From: Candidatus Omnitrophota bacterium
GTDB taxonomy: Bacteria > Omnitrophota > Gorgyraeia > Aquiviventales > Aquiviventaceae
Reading direction: 5' to 3'
Assembly: GCA_023247255.1 (NCBI GenBank)
Contig: JAHFGV010000009.1
Location: 2,773 to 66,772 of the forward strand
DNA length: 64,000 bases
The notes under the pieces are model-generated. The model made no database searches. It saw nothing but the letters and a program-made list of their open reading frames with translations, and was not told the origin of the DNA. The stretch's first letter is position 1. Every line of letters begins with the position of its first letter. Of the stretch, positions 9,546 through 19,170 are shown in pieces. The translations under genes and the position numbers were made by a program.

Positions 9546-9967
9546 GAGACAGGAGACAGGAGACAAGTGATGAAGCCAATTAAAAGTTACAGGGATCTTG
9601 AAACCTGGCAAGAGGGAATACGTCTTGTGAATACCATCTACAAACTTACCAGTACCTTTCCCAAAGAGGAGAGTTACGGACTCATTAGCCAGATGAGGCG
9701 TGCGGCTGTTTCTGTTCCAGTCAATATAGCGGAGGGGTATGCTCGCAACCACCGGGCGGAATTACGCCAATTCCTCTATGTTGCACTTGGGTCATTAGCT
9801 GAATTAGAAACGCTTAGCATTGTGGCTTGTCAAGTTAGTTATATTGATCAGGCCTGTCTCTCAAGAGAGCTTGAATCGTCCATAGCGGTCTTACGTTTTA
9901 AGACCTTAGCCTTCTTGCGTCATTTGAGGTAGCTTGCCATGTCTCCTGTCTCCTGTCTCCTGTCTCC
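9546..9967. mobile_element. Intact inverted-heptamer cassette: (GAGACAG)3 - gene - (TGTCTCC)4
   Basis: Arms at 9546-9566 and 9940-9967 are reverse complements flanking the four-helix-bundle gene. Confidence 0.8.
9570..9932 (+). CDS. Four-helix-bundle protein (23S rRNA IVP / Avd-like family)
   Basis: SYRDLETWQ...YKLTSTFPKEESYGLISQMRRAAVSVPVNIAEGYAR...FLYVALGSLAELET. Confidence 0.93.
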   Translation: MKPIKSYRDLETWQEGIRLVNTIYKLTSTFPKEESYGLISQMRRAAVSVPVNIAEGYARNHRAELRQFLYVALGSLAELETLSIVACQVSYIDQACLSRELESSIAVLRFKTLAFLRHLR

Positions 9968-11216
9968 TGCGCCATGTCCCATTACGTTCGATCACGTCTG
10001 GAAACGCTACCGCATAGGCTCCAAACATGACAGCCTCCGCGATGCGATTCCTCGATTCTTTAAGCAAGAGGCCGGACTCAATGGACAATCATTGCACGAA
10101 GGCGAGTTCTGGGCGATTCAGGACGTGACTTTTGAAGTCAAACATGCCGAGACCGTGGGCATCATCGGACCCAATGGGGCGGGCAAGAGTACCGCTTTGA
10201 AACTGCTCTCCAAAATCTGCAAGCAAACGAAAGGACAGATACAAGTGATCGGCCGCCTGGCCGCGTTGATTGAAGTGGGTGCCGGTTTTCATCCTGATCT
10301 GACCGGCCGCGAAAATATTTATCTCAACGGGACCATCATGGGTCTGCGCCGCAAAGAGATCGACCGACTCTTTGATTCGATCGTGGAGTTCTCGGAACTT
10401 AAAGACTTCCTCGAGATGCCCGTGAAGCGTTACTCTTCGGGAATGGCGGTGCGTCTGGGATTTTCGGTCGCCGCTCACGTCAACCCGGAGGTTTTGCTGA
10501 TCGATGAGGTGCTTGCCGTCGGGGATCTCGTTTTTCAGCAGAAATGTTACCAACGCCTGCAGGATCTAAAGGCGGCTGGGACGACAATCGTGTTTATCTC
10601 GCACAACCTGGAGGCGATTCAACGGCTCTGTGACCGCGTTGTTCTCCTGGACAAGGGGCTCCTCATCCAGGAAGGAAATCCGGCCGAGGTCATCGCGGGC
10701 TATCGCAACAAGGTCCTCCAGACATACCGTTCCAAGATGCGCCTGCCGCATGGCAATGTCATCGAGGAACGGTCTCTCGATGAGGTGGCATTCACGCAGG
10801 CTTTTCTCACAGACGCCTCTGGCAATATCTCAGACGCATTCTCTACGGGAGATACCGTCAGATTGCACCTGAGCTACCACGCTAAGCGGAATATCGAGCA
10901 GCCCAGGATTGTGGTTACGATCGAACGCCTCGATGGACTCGTCTGCCACACCACCTCAACCGCACATGCCATAGATGCATTCACTATCTCCGAAGGCGAC
11001 GCTAGCCTGATGTTGGAATACGACGCTTTGAACCTGTTGCCAAACACGTATCGGATTCAGGCAGCCCTCTTCGAACATAACAATCCCGTTCCCTTGTCCG
11101 CATCCAGCTATCAACTCTATTTCACCTTGACCTCAGACAGTCCTGAGATTGGGGCTGTGCATCTCGATCATCACTGGGACACAAAGGTGATTCCTGCAAG
11201 AGACAAAGTCCATTAA
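9939..11216 (+). CDS. wzt: ABC exporter ATPase with C-terminal carbohydrate-binding domain
   Basis: GPNGAGKST, YSSGM, LLIDEVLAVGD, C-terminal extension; start codon lies at the edge of the heptamer array. Confidence 0.92.
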   Translation: MSPVSCLLSPAPCPITFDHVWKRYRIGSKHDSLRDAIPRFFKQEAGLNGQSLHEGEFWAIQDVTFEVKHAETVGIIGPNGAGKSTALKLLSKICKQTKGQIQVIGRLAALIEVGAGFHPDLTGRENIYLNGTIMGLRRKEIDRLFDSIVEFSELKDFLEMPVKRYSSGMAVRLGFSVAAHVNPEVLLIDEVLAVGDLVFQQKCYQRLQDLKAAGTTIVFISHNLEAIQRLCDRVVLLDKGLLIQEGNPAEVIAGYRNKVLQTYRSKMRLPHGNVIEERSLDEVAFTQAFLTDASGNISDAFSTGDTVRLHLSYHAKRNIEQPRIVVTIERLDGLVCHTTSTAHAIDAFTISEGDASLMLEYDALNLLPNTYRIQAALFEHNNPVPLSASSYQLYFTLTSDSPEIGAVHLDHHWDTKVIPARDKVH

Positions 11217-11218
11217 CG

Positions 11219-13156
11219 ATGTGTGGCATCGTAGGGGTGTGGAACTTAAGTGGTGGACGAGTGGGCGAAAACGTCCTTTCTGCGATGCTCTCGACCATTC
11301 GCTACCGCGGACCCGATGACAGCGACGTCTGGGTGGATAACTCCATTGGCTTGGGGCACTGCCGTCTGAGCATTTTGGATTTGAGCACGCGAGCCCGGCA
11401 ACCCTTTCTGAGTGCTGATGGTCAAGGTGTTCTTGTGTACAACGGGGAAGTGTACAACTATCAAGAGTTAGGCTCCGAACTCAAGCAGGAAGGCGTTTCC
11501 TTAATCAGCACGTCAGATACTGAGGTAGTTCTGTATGCCCTCCACCGCTGGGGTCCTGAACGAGCCATCCCGCGCTTTAATGGCATGTTTGCCCTGGCCT
11601 ACTTTGATCGCCGGACACAGAAGCTGTGGTTGGCTCGGGATCGACTAGGGATTAAACCACTCTACATCACCCGTTCTTCGTCAGGCGTTGTCTTTGGCTC
11701 TGAAATCAAAGCCTTGTTGGCGCATCCCGATGTCTCAGGCCGACCGGACATCCATGCTTTGACGGGACATGTGCTCTGCCGGCGTCTTGAAGGCACAGTG
11801 ACTCCTTTCGAGGGAATCCAATCGATTCAACCGGGGACGATCCTAGAGATCAGTCCTTCTGCAAGCGAAACCCTAACGTATTTTGATGTGCTGCGAGACC
11901 TCGATCTTGCTCGGCTGTTGGCTGCGGCCGAGGATGATCCCCTGCAGTTGGCCTCGGAGTTCAAGCGCCTCTTTTGCGAAAGCGTCTCCATGCATCTGGT
12001 AAGCGACGTTCCACTGGCTGCGATGTGCAGCGGTGGCGTCGATTCCAGCCTCATGACAGCGATTACGGTACCCCACAAACGCGACATCGTGGCGTATGTG
12101 GCGGACGTGAAAGGTGCACGGGTGAGCGAAGGGCGAAAGGCCAAGATCGTCGCTCGTCATCTAGGCATTCAGATACGACAGGTCGATGTAGATCAAGACG
12201 ACTACCTGCGGCTATGGCCGCTTACCATTTGGCACAACGACCAGCCTAATTTTCTCGTCAATGACGCGCCGTTTTTTGCTGTGGCGAATGCCTGCCGGCG
12301 GGATGGATTCAAGGTGGTCTTGACGGGGGAAGGCTCGGATGAACTCTTCGGCGGTTATTCCTGGTATCCGAATGTTTATCGGATGTGGAGACAACGACGC
12401 CGCCATGCCACGCTGTTTCCGGATATACCGTTCTGGAAGGCTATTGGGAGGTTTCTTCCACCTCTAAATCCGCTGGATCTTGACGCTTTGAGCGAGACCC
12501 CATTTTCTCGCATCCGGCAACGAGGCACCCCCGATGAGCGCCTGCGGCGCTTGTGTGTTGCCGACGTCGATCAGTACCCCCTGCGTCAGGCGGCCTTGTT
12601 CAAAAAACTCTCCCCGGTGTCTTGCGTGGAAGATCGGGCGTTTCTTTCCTATTGCCTGGACGATTTGTACAGCGTTCTGCAACTCTTGCTTCAGCGTAAC
12701 GACCGGATGGGGATGGCTTCGTCCATTGAATCGCGGGTGCCCTTTCTTGAAAATCGACTCATCGATTTTGCCATCCATTTACCGCGCCGAGCCAAGTATC
12801 ACCGGGGTATCACGAAATGGGCTGTCAAGGCTACGGCCGAACAATACCTTCCTCGCGAGATCGTCCATGCCCCAAAGATCGGCTTTGGGGTGGATGGCAA
12901 CTCATGGCGAATTGCAGCGAAGGTTCTGTTCCAGCCCGGAGCTATCGTGCAGGAGATCTTTAAGTGGCGCAGCTCTTCCATGCCTCTCTTGCGGGAACAA
13001 CTGGCTAAGCATCCGGGAATCGCCCTGACTATGGTTGGGGTAGAGCTGTGGGGACGGATCTTTCTGAGGAAGGATCAACCTGAAGCATTGGGAGAAGAAC
13101 TCGTCCGGATGTGTGGTCTCTCATCCAGCGCGAAGGTCTCGGCACGCCCCGCTTAG
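11219..13156 (+). CDS. asnB: Glutamine-dependent asparagine synthase-type amidotransferase
   Basis: MCGI, RGPD, RDRLGIKPLY, SGGVDSS, GEGSDELFGGY. Confidence 0.9.
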   Translation: MCGIVGVWNLSGGRVGENVLSAMLSTIRYRGPDDSDVWVDNSIGLGHCRLSILDLSTRARQPFLSADGQGVLVYNGEVYNYQELGSELKQEGVSLISTSDTEVVLYALHRWGPERAIPRFNGMFALAYFDRRTQKLWLARDRLGIKPLYITRSSSGVVFGSEIKALLAHPDVSGRPDIHALTGHVLCRRLEGTVTPFEGIQSIQPGTILEISPSASETLTYFDVLRDLDLARLLAAAEDDPLQLASEFKRLFCESVSMHLVSDVPLAAMCSGGVDSSLMTAITVPHKRDIVAYVADVKGARVSEGRKAKIVARHLGIQIRQVDVDQDDYLRLWPLTIWHNDQPNFLVNDAPFFAVANACRRDGFKVVLTGEGSDELFGGYSWYPNVYRMWRQRRRHATLFPDIPFWKAIGRFLPPLNPLDLDALSETPFSRIRQRGTPDERLRRLCVADVDQYPLRQAALFKKLSPVSCVEDRAFLSYCLDDLYSVLQLLLQRNDRMGMASSIESRVPFLENRLIDFAIHLPRRAKYHRGITKWAVKATAEQYLPREIVHAPKIGFGVDGNSWRIAAKVLFQPGAIVQEIFKWRSSSMPLLREQLAKHPGIALTMVGVELWGRIFLRKDQPEALGEELVRMCGLSSSAKVSARPA

Positions 13157-13198
13157 GGTAGTCTGACACGGACTGGGAAATCGAAGGAAAGGCTCCAC

Positions 13199-14251
13199 AT
13201 GCAGGATATAGCGGATGCACAAGTCGCAGAGAGTCTTGATCCTCAGGTTCTTATCCGCTCGCTCATCCATTCGATTGATCAGGTCATAGCCGGATTGATT
13301 CCCGAGGGGGCTCCTTGCGCATTGGTCGATTTTCCCAGTCACTCGAACGTCGGAGACAGCGCGATTTGGCTTGGTGAAAAAAAGGTTCTACGCCGTCGCG
13401 GTGTTACCGTTGTCTATGTCTGTGATGGGCGGACTTATGCACGTAAGCATCTGACAAAACGGTTGGGTCGAGAAGGGATCATTTTGATTCATGGAGGAGG
13501 TAATCTCGGTGATCTCTGGCCGGCGAGAGAGCAGTTTCGAGAAAAGATCATTCAGGATTTCACGGATCACAAGATCATCCAGCTTCCCCAGTCCATCCAC
13601 TTTGCTAAGTCGGAGAATCTCAAACAGGCAAAGGTTGTCTTCAACGCGCATCCTGATTTGACCATTCTGGTGCGTGACACGCACAGCTTTGAGATGGCAA
13701 AGAATGAATTTTCCGCAAAGAGCATTCTCTGTCCTGATCTAGCGTTTGCGCTCGATCGGCCATCTCGACCTTCGCTACCGGAGAGCGAAATGGTGTGGCT
13801 TTCACGCACCGATAAGGAATCGATGGGTTTTGCTTTAGGCGATACCTCGCCACATTTAAAGGGAGCACCCCTGAATAAAACCGATTGGCTCGGCGAGCGG
13901 CCCACGTTAACGCATAAGCTCTACACTTTCGTCAAAGAACGGATCGAGCGACGTCCCACGTATCTGGGCTGGTGTTCGGGGTTCTTATCCCAGGGCTACG
14001 ACTGGATTGCGAATCAGCGCTTAGAGCGGGGATACCGTGCTTTGAGTAGAGGCCGCGTGGTGATTACGGATCGTCTTCATGGCCACATCCTCAGCCTGCT
14101 CTTGGGCATTCCGCATGTGTTGCTCGACAATAATTACGGGAAGCTTCGGCGGTTCTATGAAACCTGGACATCCCAGAGCAGCCTCACATTTTGGGCAACC
14201 TCACCGGAACAAGCAAGGACCCTCGCAGAAAAGCTTCTTAGGCAAAGCTGA
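13199..14251 (+). CDS. Polysaccharide pyruvyl transferase family protein
   Basis: NVGDSAIW, GGGNLGDLW, VRD, ITDRLHGHI. Confidence 0.88.
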   Translation: MQDIADAQVAESLDPQVLIRSLIHSIDQVIAGLIPEGAPCALVDFPSHSNVGDSAIWLGEKKVLRRRGVTVVYVCDGRTYARKHLTKRLGREGIILIHGGGNLGDLWPAREQFREKIIQDFTDHKIIQLPQSIHFAKSENLKQAKVVFNAHPDLTILVRDTHSFEMAKNEFSAKSILCPDLAFALDRPSRPSLPESEMVWLSRTDKESMGFALGDTSPHLKGAPLNKTDWLGERPTLTHKLYTFVKERIERRPTYLGWCSGFLSQGYDWIANQRLERGYRALSRGRVVITDRLHGHILSLLLGIPHVLLDNNYGKLRRFYETWTSQSSLTFWATSPEQARTLAEKLLRQS

Positions 14252-14266
14252 CCACGGATTGAGCGA

Positions 14267-16120
14267 ATGGCGAACTTTTTGCTCGTGATCGACCCAGACC
14301 AAACGCGGCGCGAGGCGTTTATCGGAGGAGTCAAGACGCGCATAGCGCCACTGGAAGGACTGACCTCTTCGCGTCTTGACGTCGGTGACTGTTCCGTTCT
14401 TTGGGCAATCAATCCTCAAGCGCCTATGAGCCAATGCGTTGACGAAAGCGGCGCTGCCATCCTATGGGGAGAGGCGATTCAAGGACCGGGGCCAAAGCGG
14501 CTGAGTGCTTCCGAGCTTAAGGACTACTGGAAAGACCCTCTCCAACGTATGCCAGAAGCCTTGGATGGGTTCCATGCGGCGATCCGTTATACGCCGGGAT
14601 CCCGTTTAGTGATCGGTGCCGATCCACTGGGATTGTTTCCCCTGTATTACCATGCTGCCAATGACATCCTGCTGGTTGGCTCGAGCGTTGAGTTGTTCCA
14701 GTATCATCCGAGCTTCTCTGGAAAATTGTCGAAAGATGCTCTCGTTGACATTCTTTTGATCACGCATCCTGTGGATGGCATGACGATCTTCCGAGACGTC
14801 CGCCGCGTTCAAGCAGGCCATCTGCTTCTTTGGAATAAGGGCTCAGCTCCTCAAGAGCTGAAGCAATATGAGCTTCGCCCTTCGGATAGGTATTTCGATC
14901 TTCCTCACGGCGCTTTGGTGAATAAGCTTGATGACGTGCTGAACGACGCCATCGCGCGACACGTTCAGAGGGATAAAGCACACAGCATGCTGCTCTCCGG
15001 CGGTCGCGATTCGCGGATGCTCGCAGGCTTTATGAAGCGAGCGCATCTTAAGGAGATAGAAGCCCTCACGTTAGGCCATTCATTGAAAGATTACGAGCTG
15101 AGTTGTGCCCGTCGAGTGGCGCGGATGCTGCACTTAAAACATCGATGGGTGGACATTCCACAGGAGGATTACCCCCAGTACGCAGCGTCGCACGCCCGGT
15201 GGATGCACGGATCAGCGGGTTTTCAAGGCATCATGTTTTGGGGGCTGCCCGCCCATCTGCGAGACCTGCCACCGCGCCTGGTTACAGGACACGTGATGGA
15301 CTCCATTGTGGGAGGCAGCCACATCCCTTGGGCTTTCGATCCTGAAAGGGGAGAGCCGTCTTTTCAGACGTTCTTTGGGAATGTGAATCGCTATGGTCTC
15401 CCGGTTCCTTTCGTTGAACAACTCCTTAATCCTTCCCTCAACGATCTCGTGCAGCAAAGGATCACTCGCATGCAAGAGATTTACAACGGCTATGGCCGAT
15501 TGGAAAGCCAGAAAGCCTTATGCTTCGATCTTTACCACAGACAACGCTTTTTTATAGGAAGCATTCCCTGGATATGCTCGTTTGGGGCATGGCCGATTCT
15601 ACCGGCCGTCGATCATCGGCTACTCGATCATCTCACTGGAATGCCGGCGTCCTTTCTGGCGGGTCGGCATGGGCAGGATGCCTTATTGAAAGCAAAATTT
15701 CCTGAACTGGCCGCATTACCCTTGGATCGGAATTCAAGAAACACGCGGCCGCTTCAACCCCGTCTTCGTCACATGCTGGGTGATTCTCTGAAACAGCGTG
15801 TTTTTTCTCTGCGCCAGCATCTCGCTAACGGTAATGGTCATGGAAGGGTCGAACCGAAATCTGAGCGGCGCTATTTCTACCGTCTTTTTGACATCAATGG
15901 TCCGGGGTGGATGCGTGTCAGAGAACTGGCCGATTCCAAGAGAGGAGTTCTGTCTTCCTTAGTGAATAAAGAGGTCTATGAGCGTGCATTGCCATCACCG
16001 CAGACGATCCTTCAATACGCCGACCCGCTGGTGGAATCTGCAGGGCTTAAGTCGCTTTTAGGATTAATCTTGATATTGAGACAACGTCTGGAGAGTTTTG
16101 AGGCTGGAGAGGTTAGCTAA
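14267..16120 (+). CDS. Asparagine synthase-related protein lacking Cys2
   Basis: DPLGLFPLYY, LSGGRDSR; N-terminus MANFLL. Confidence 0.8.
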   Translation: MANFLLVIDPDQTRREAFIGGVKTRIAPLEGLTSSRLDVGDCSVLWAINPQAPMSQCVDESGAAILWGEAIQGPGPKRLSASELKDYWKDPLQRMPEALDGFHAAIRYTPGSRLVIGADPLGLFPLYYHAANDILLVGSSVELFQYHPSFSGKLSKDALVDILLITHPVDGMTIFRDVRRVQAGHLLLWNKGSAPQELKQYELRPSDRYFDLPHGALVNKLDDVLNDAIARHVQRDKAHSMLLSGGRDSRMLAGFMKRAHLKEIEALTLGHSLKDYELSCARRVARMLHLKHRWVDIPQEDYPQYAASHARWMHGSAGFQGIMFWGLPAHLRDLPPRLVTGHVMDSIVGGSHIPWAFDPERGEPSFQTFFGNVNRYGLPVPFVEQLLNPSLNDLVQQRITRMQEIYNGYGRLESQKALCFDLYHRQRFFIGSIPWICSFGAWPILPAVDHRLLDHLTGMPASFLAGRHGQDALLKAKFPELAALPLDRNSRNTRPLQPRLRHMLGDSLKQRVFSLRQHLANGNGHGRVEPKSERRYFYRLFDINGPGWMRVRELADSKRGVLSSLVNKEVYERALPSPQTILQYADPLVESAGLKSLLGLILILRQRLESFEAGEVS

Positions 16121-16121
16121 A

Positions 16122-17255
16122 ATGTCGGTTGTGGTCAGTCGCATAACGAGGTCGGACACCGAGACTCAGTGTAGAACCCAGGCATTGATTGAGGCTGCGG
16201 CTGCACGTTATGAGATCAGCTATGAGGTGAAAGGATCGGCCATCGCCGATGATGCCAATGCGTGGTTAGCCGCTAGTTTATTCCCTGCAATGAAACTGGG
16301 AGAAACGCTTCGATTGGAAGGCTTATTGGATAACCAATTGCTGCAAGGCGCCTCTCGCCTCCAAGACATCTTCCACGTTTGGTACCCGGATTTGCGTAAG
16401 GTATCCATTGAGTCAAGGCTCAGCGATAGCAGTAAAAAAGAGCGGCCAATAGCCACTCATGCAGTCGGCTGTTTCTTTTCAGGAGGTGTGGATTCGTTCT
16501 ATTCCATCCTGAAACACAAAGAGGAAATCACGCATCTTTTATTCATACACGGATTCGACATTCGGCTGGATGATCAGAAAATTTACCAGGCCTCTTTGAA
16601 GGCTGTGCATGAGGTAGCCGAGGCGCTTGGCAAGGAGGTTATCGAGATACGCACGAACCTGCGCGATTTTGGCGACCGCTATGTGAAGTGGGGGGAACAC
16701 TATTTTGGGGCAGCGCTCGCAAGCACAGCCTTACTCCTATCGTGCCAGCTAAAGAAAGTCTATCTGCCCAGTTCACACACCTATGAGCACCTTCATCCCT
16801 GGGGCTCTCACCCGCTCCTCGATCCTTTATGGAGCACCGAGACGATGGAGATTGTTCATGATGGCTGCGAGGCATCGAGGATTGAGAAGATTGCCCAGAT
16901 CGCTTCCTATGACATGGTGCGGAAATCTTTGCGGGTGTGCTGGCTGAATTGGGATAGGGCCTATAACTGCGGTCGCTGTGAGAAATGTCTACGCACGATG
17001 ACGAGCCTGCGCGCGCTGGGCGTTTCTGACATGCCTACTTTCAATCGTGCTTTAGACCTGAGCTTGGTGTCCCGTTTGGACGGCTCCAACCCTACGACGC
17101 GAATCTTTATCCAGGAAAACCTAAAGGCGGCCGAAGAGTCTAACGACGTCTCGTTGGCCAAGGCCCTTCGCAAGGCCTTAAACGGCCGGTACTCCCGAAT
17201 CGTAAGGAATGGGTCAGAAAGAATACTCAGAAAGCTTCGGCCTCTCTTCAAATGA
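16122..17255 (+). CDS. PP-loop (QueC-like fold) hypothetical protein with Cys cluster
   Basis: FSGGVDS and CW...NCGRCEKCLRT. Confidence 0.65.
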   Translation: MSVVVSRITRSDTETQCRTQALIEAAAARYEISYEVKGSAIADDANAWLAASLFPAMKLGETLRLEGLLDNQLLQGASRLQDIFHVWYPDLRKVSIESRLSDSSKKERPIATHAVGCFFSGGVDSFYSILKHKEEITHLLFIHGFDIRLDDQKIYQASLKAVHEVAEALGKEVIEIRTNLRDFGDRYVKWGEHYFGAALASTALLLSCQLKKVYLPSSHTYEHLHPWGSHPLLDPLWSTETMEIVHDGCEASRIEKIAQIASYDMVRKSLRVCWLNWDRAYNCGRCEKCLRTMTSLRALGVSDMPTFNRALDLSLVSRLDGSNPTTRIFIQENLKAAEESNDVSLAKALRKALNGRYSRIVRNGSERILRKLRPLFK

Positions 17256-18187
17256 CCAGCGTTGTGGTTTGCACTTTCAATCGATGCGAGAGTTTGCGGG
17301 ATACGTTGTCCTCTCTCGGTGAGCAGATACTCAAGGAAGGTTTGGAACTGGAGATCATCGTCGTGGATAACAACAGTTCCGATCGAACCCCGCAGGTCGT
17401 GGAGGAGGCGGCGAAGGATTCACCCTGGCCGATGCGCTACGTTTTTGAGAAGACTCAGGGACTCAGCCATGCAAGGAATCGCGGCATCCGAGAATCTCAC
17501 GGAGAGTTTCTGGCCTTCACCGATGACGATGTGCTGCCTGATCGCGGATGGGTTCAAGCGTTGTACGAAGCATTCATCGATCACTCCGCTGATTGCGCGG
17601 GTGGAAAGATTCTTCCGAAGTGGACCGAGTCGCCCCCGGATTGGTGTCTGGCGGAGGAAGTCCGAGCGCAACTGTGGGCAGTCCTTGCGCTGCTCGATCG
17701 TGGAGAAGAGATGCTTGTGGCCGAGACCTTAAATGGCAGCTTTCTTTTCGGCGCGAACATGGCCTTTCGCAAGAGCGTATTTGAGGAAGTGGGTTTTTTT
17801 AACCCGGCCCTGGGACGCTCAGGGGAGAATCTATTCAGCGGTGACGATACAGAGATGCTGCGACGGGCTTTGATGTCTCGAAAACGCGTCGTCTACAGCC
17901 CGCAGGCCATCGTCTACCACAAGGTATCACCTGAGCGATTGCATATAGGCTACCTGCGACGTTGGAAGTTTAACGTCGGTCTGACGAGCGCTCGGATTCA
18001 TCCGCAACCTTCCCGTTTGGTGCCGGCATGGCTCATGCGCGAGTGCCTCAGCAATGGCCTGGGCGCCTGCGCGGCCTATGTGCGAGGATCACGATTCATG
18101 GGTATTGCCCGAGAGCTGGCGTTTTGGTCCCAGGCAGGACGCATTGTGGCAACCATTAGTCCAAGGGTAAAAACAAACAAGGAGTAG
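17252..18187 (+). CDS. Glycosyltransferase family 2
   Basis: VVVCTFNR, VVDNNSSD, GLSHARNRG, FTDDD. Confidence 0.92.
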   Translation: MTSVVVCTFNRCESLRDTLSSLGEQILKEGLELEIIVVDNNSSDRTPQVVEEAAKDSPWPMRYVFEKTQGLSHARNRGIRESHGEFLAFTDDDVLPDRGWVQALYEAFIDHSADCAGGKILPKWTESPPDWCLAEEVRAQLWAVLALLDRGEEMLVAETLNGSFLFGANMAFRKSVFEEVGFFNPALGRSGENLFSGDDTEMLRRALMSRKRVVYSPQAIVYHKVSPERLHIGYLRRWKFNVGLTSARIHPQPSRLVPAWLMRECLSNGLGACAAYVRGSRFMGIARELAFWSQAGRIVATISPRVKTNKE

Positions 18188-19078
18188 GTGATGACGATTG
18201 ACGTGGATTCCTACCGTAAACGCTGGCGGGAGGGTATTTGTCTAGACCCGCAGAAAGACATTCCCCAGAATTTTCTGGATGAATTGGAGACATACTCCGG
18301 GTTACCCAGAGAAGAAGCCTCGCGCCTCTTTTATAACGGTACCGAGGAATACGCCAAAGAGTGGCGAGAGAAGTATCAGAATGATCCCAACGCGCGCATT
18401 AAGTTCTATGACGAATCTTTCACGCACATCTTCTTTGTGATGCACAACAGTGCCCTGAACACCGAGCTGAGCAGTCCGCTTTTGTATGTCTACGCCGCCG
18501 ATTGGGCCAAGCGGATGGGGGTGCGCAGCTATTTAGATTACGGATCAGGGACGGGCTCCGGTGCGATGTTTTTTGCGAGGCAGGGAATCGCAACGACCCT
18601 CGCGGATATTTCCAGCAGGATGCTCTCTTTTACCCGCTGGCGTTTCGAGCGACGTGGGCTTCAGGCTAATTATTTGGATTTAAAGCAGGACTCACTTCCC
18701 GAAAACGCTTTCGATATGATCACTTCCTTCCACGTTCTTCAGCACGTCGAGGATCCTGTGGCGACCATGAGACAGTTGCGAAACGCCCTCAAACCGGGAG
18801 GCATCCTGTTGGTTAACGGCGCTCTCAGAAAAGATCGAGAACGCCCCATGCAGCCAGACCACAGGGGTGCTCTGACACGACGCAAGTTCCGCTCGGTAGG
18901 CCTGCAAACGCTATGGCCTCCTATCTATGACATGCGTGAGCTCTCCAACACAACACCTCAGGCCTACCGAAGGATCGAGCGCCCAGCGATCGTAAATGCC
19001 GCAATCGGATTCTTCGACACTTGCGTCACAGCACCCGCTCTTCGTCGATCGCTTTACCTAATGACGCATCCAACATAA
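18188..19078 (+). CDS. Class I SAM-dependent methyltransferase
   Basis: LDYGSGTG, FDMITSFHVLQHV, LKPGG. Confidence 0.88.
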   Translation: MMTIDVDSYRKRWREGICLDPQKDIPQNFLDELETYSGLPREEASRLFYNGTEEYAKEWREKYQNDPNARIKFYDESFTHIFFVMHNSALNTELSSPLLYVYAADWAKRMGVRSYLDYGSGTGSGAMFFARQGIATTLADISSRMLSFTRWRFERRGLQANYLDLKQDSLPENAFDMITSFHVLQHVEDPVATMRQLRNALKPGGILLVNGALRKDRERPMQPDHRGALTRRKFRSVGLQTLWPPIYDMRELSNTTPQAYRRIERPAIVNAAIGFFDTCVTAPALRRSLYLMTHPT

Positions 19079-19170
19079 CTGTTTCAAGTGGCACGTAACA
19101 TGTAACGCCCAACGGAGACGTTGATTCCTGACCCCACAGGGGTGTTAGGCAGCGCAATCACACGACGAAC

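Noticed and set aside
9570-9932. 23S rRNA gene or rRNA intervening sequence
   Set aside because: Flanks are wzm and wzt; no rRNA or tRNA sequence recognised anywhere in the window
7096-9967. Diversity-generating retroelement, because of the Avd-like genes
   Set aside because: No reverse transcriptase and no template/variable repeat pair with adenine-specific differences seen in the window
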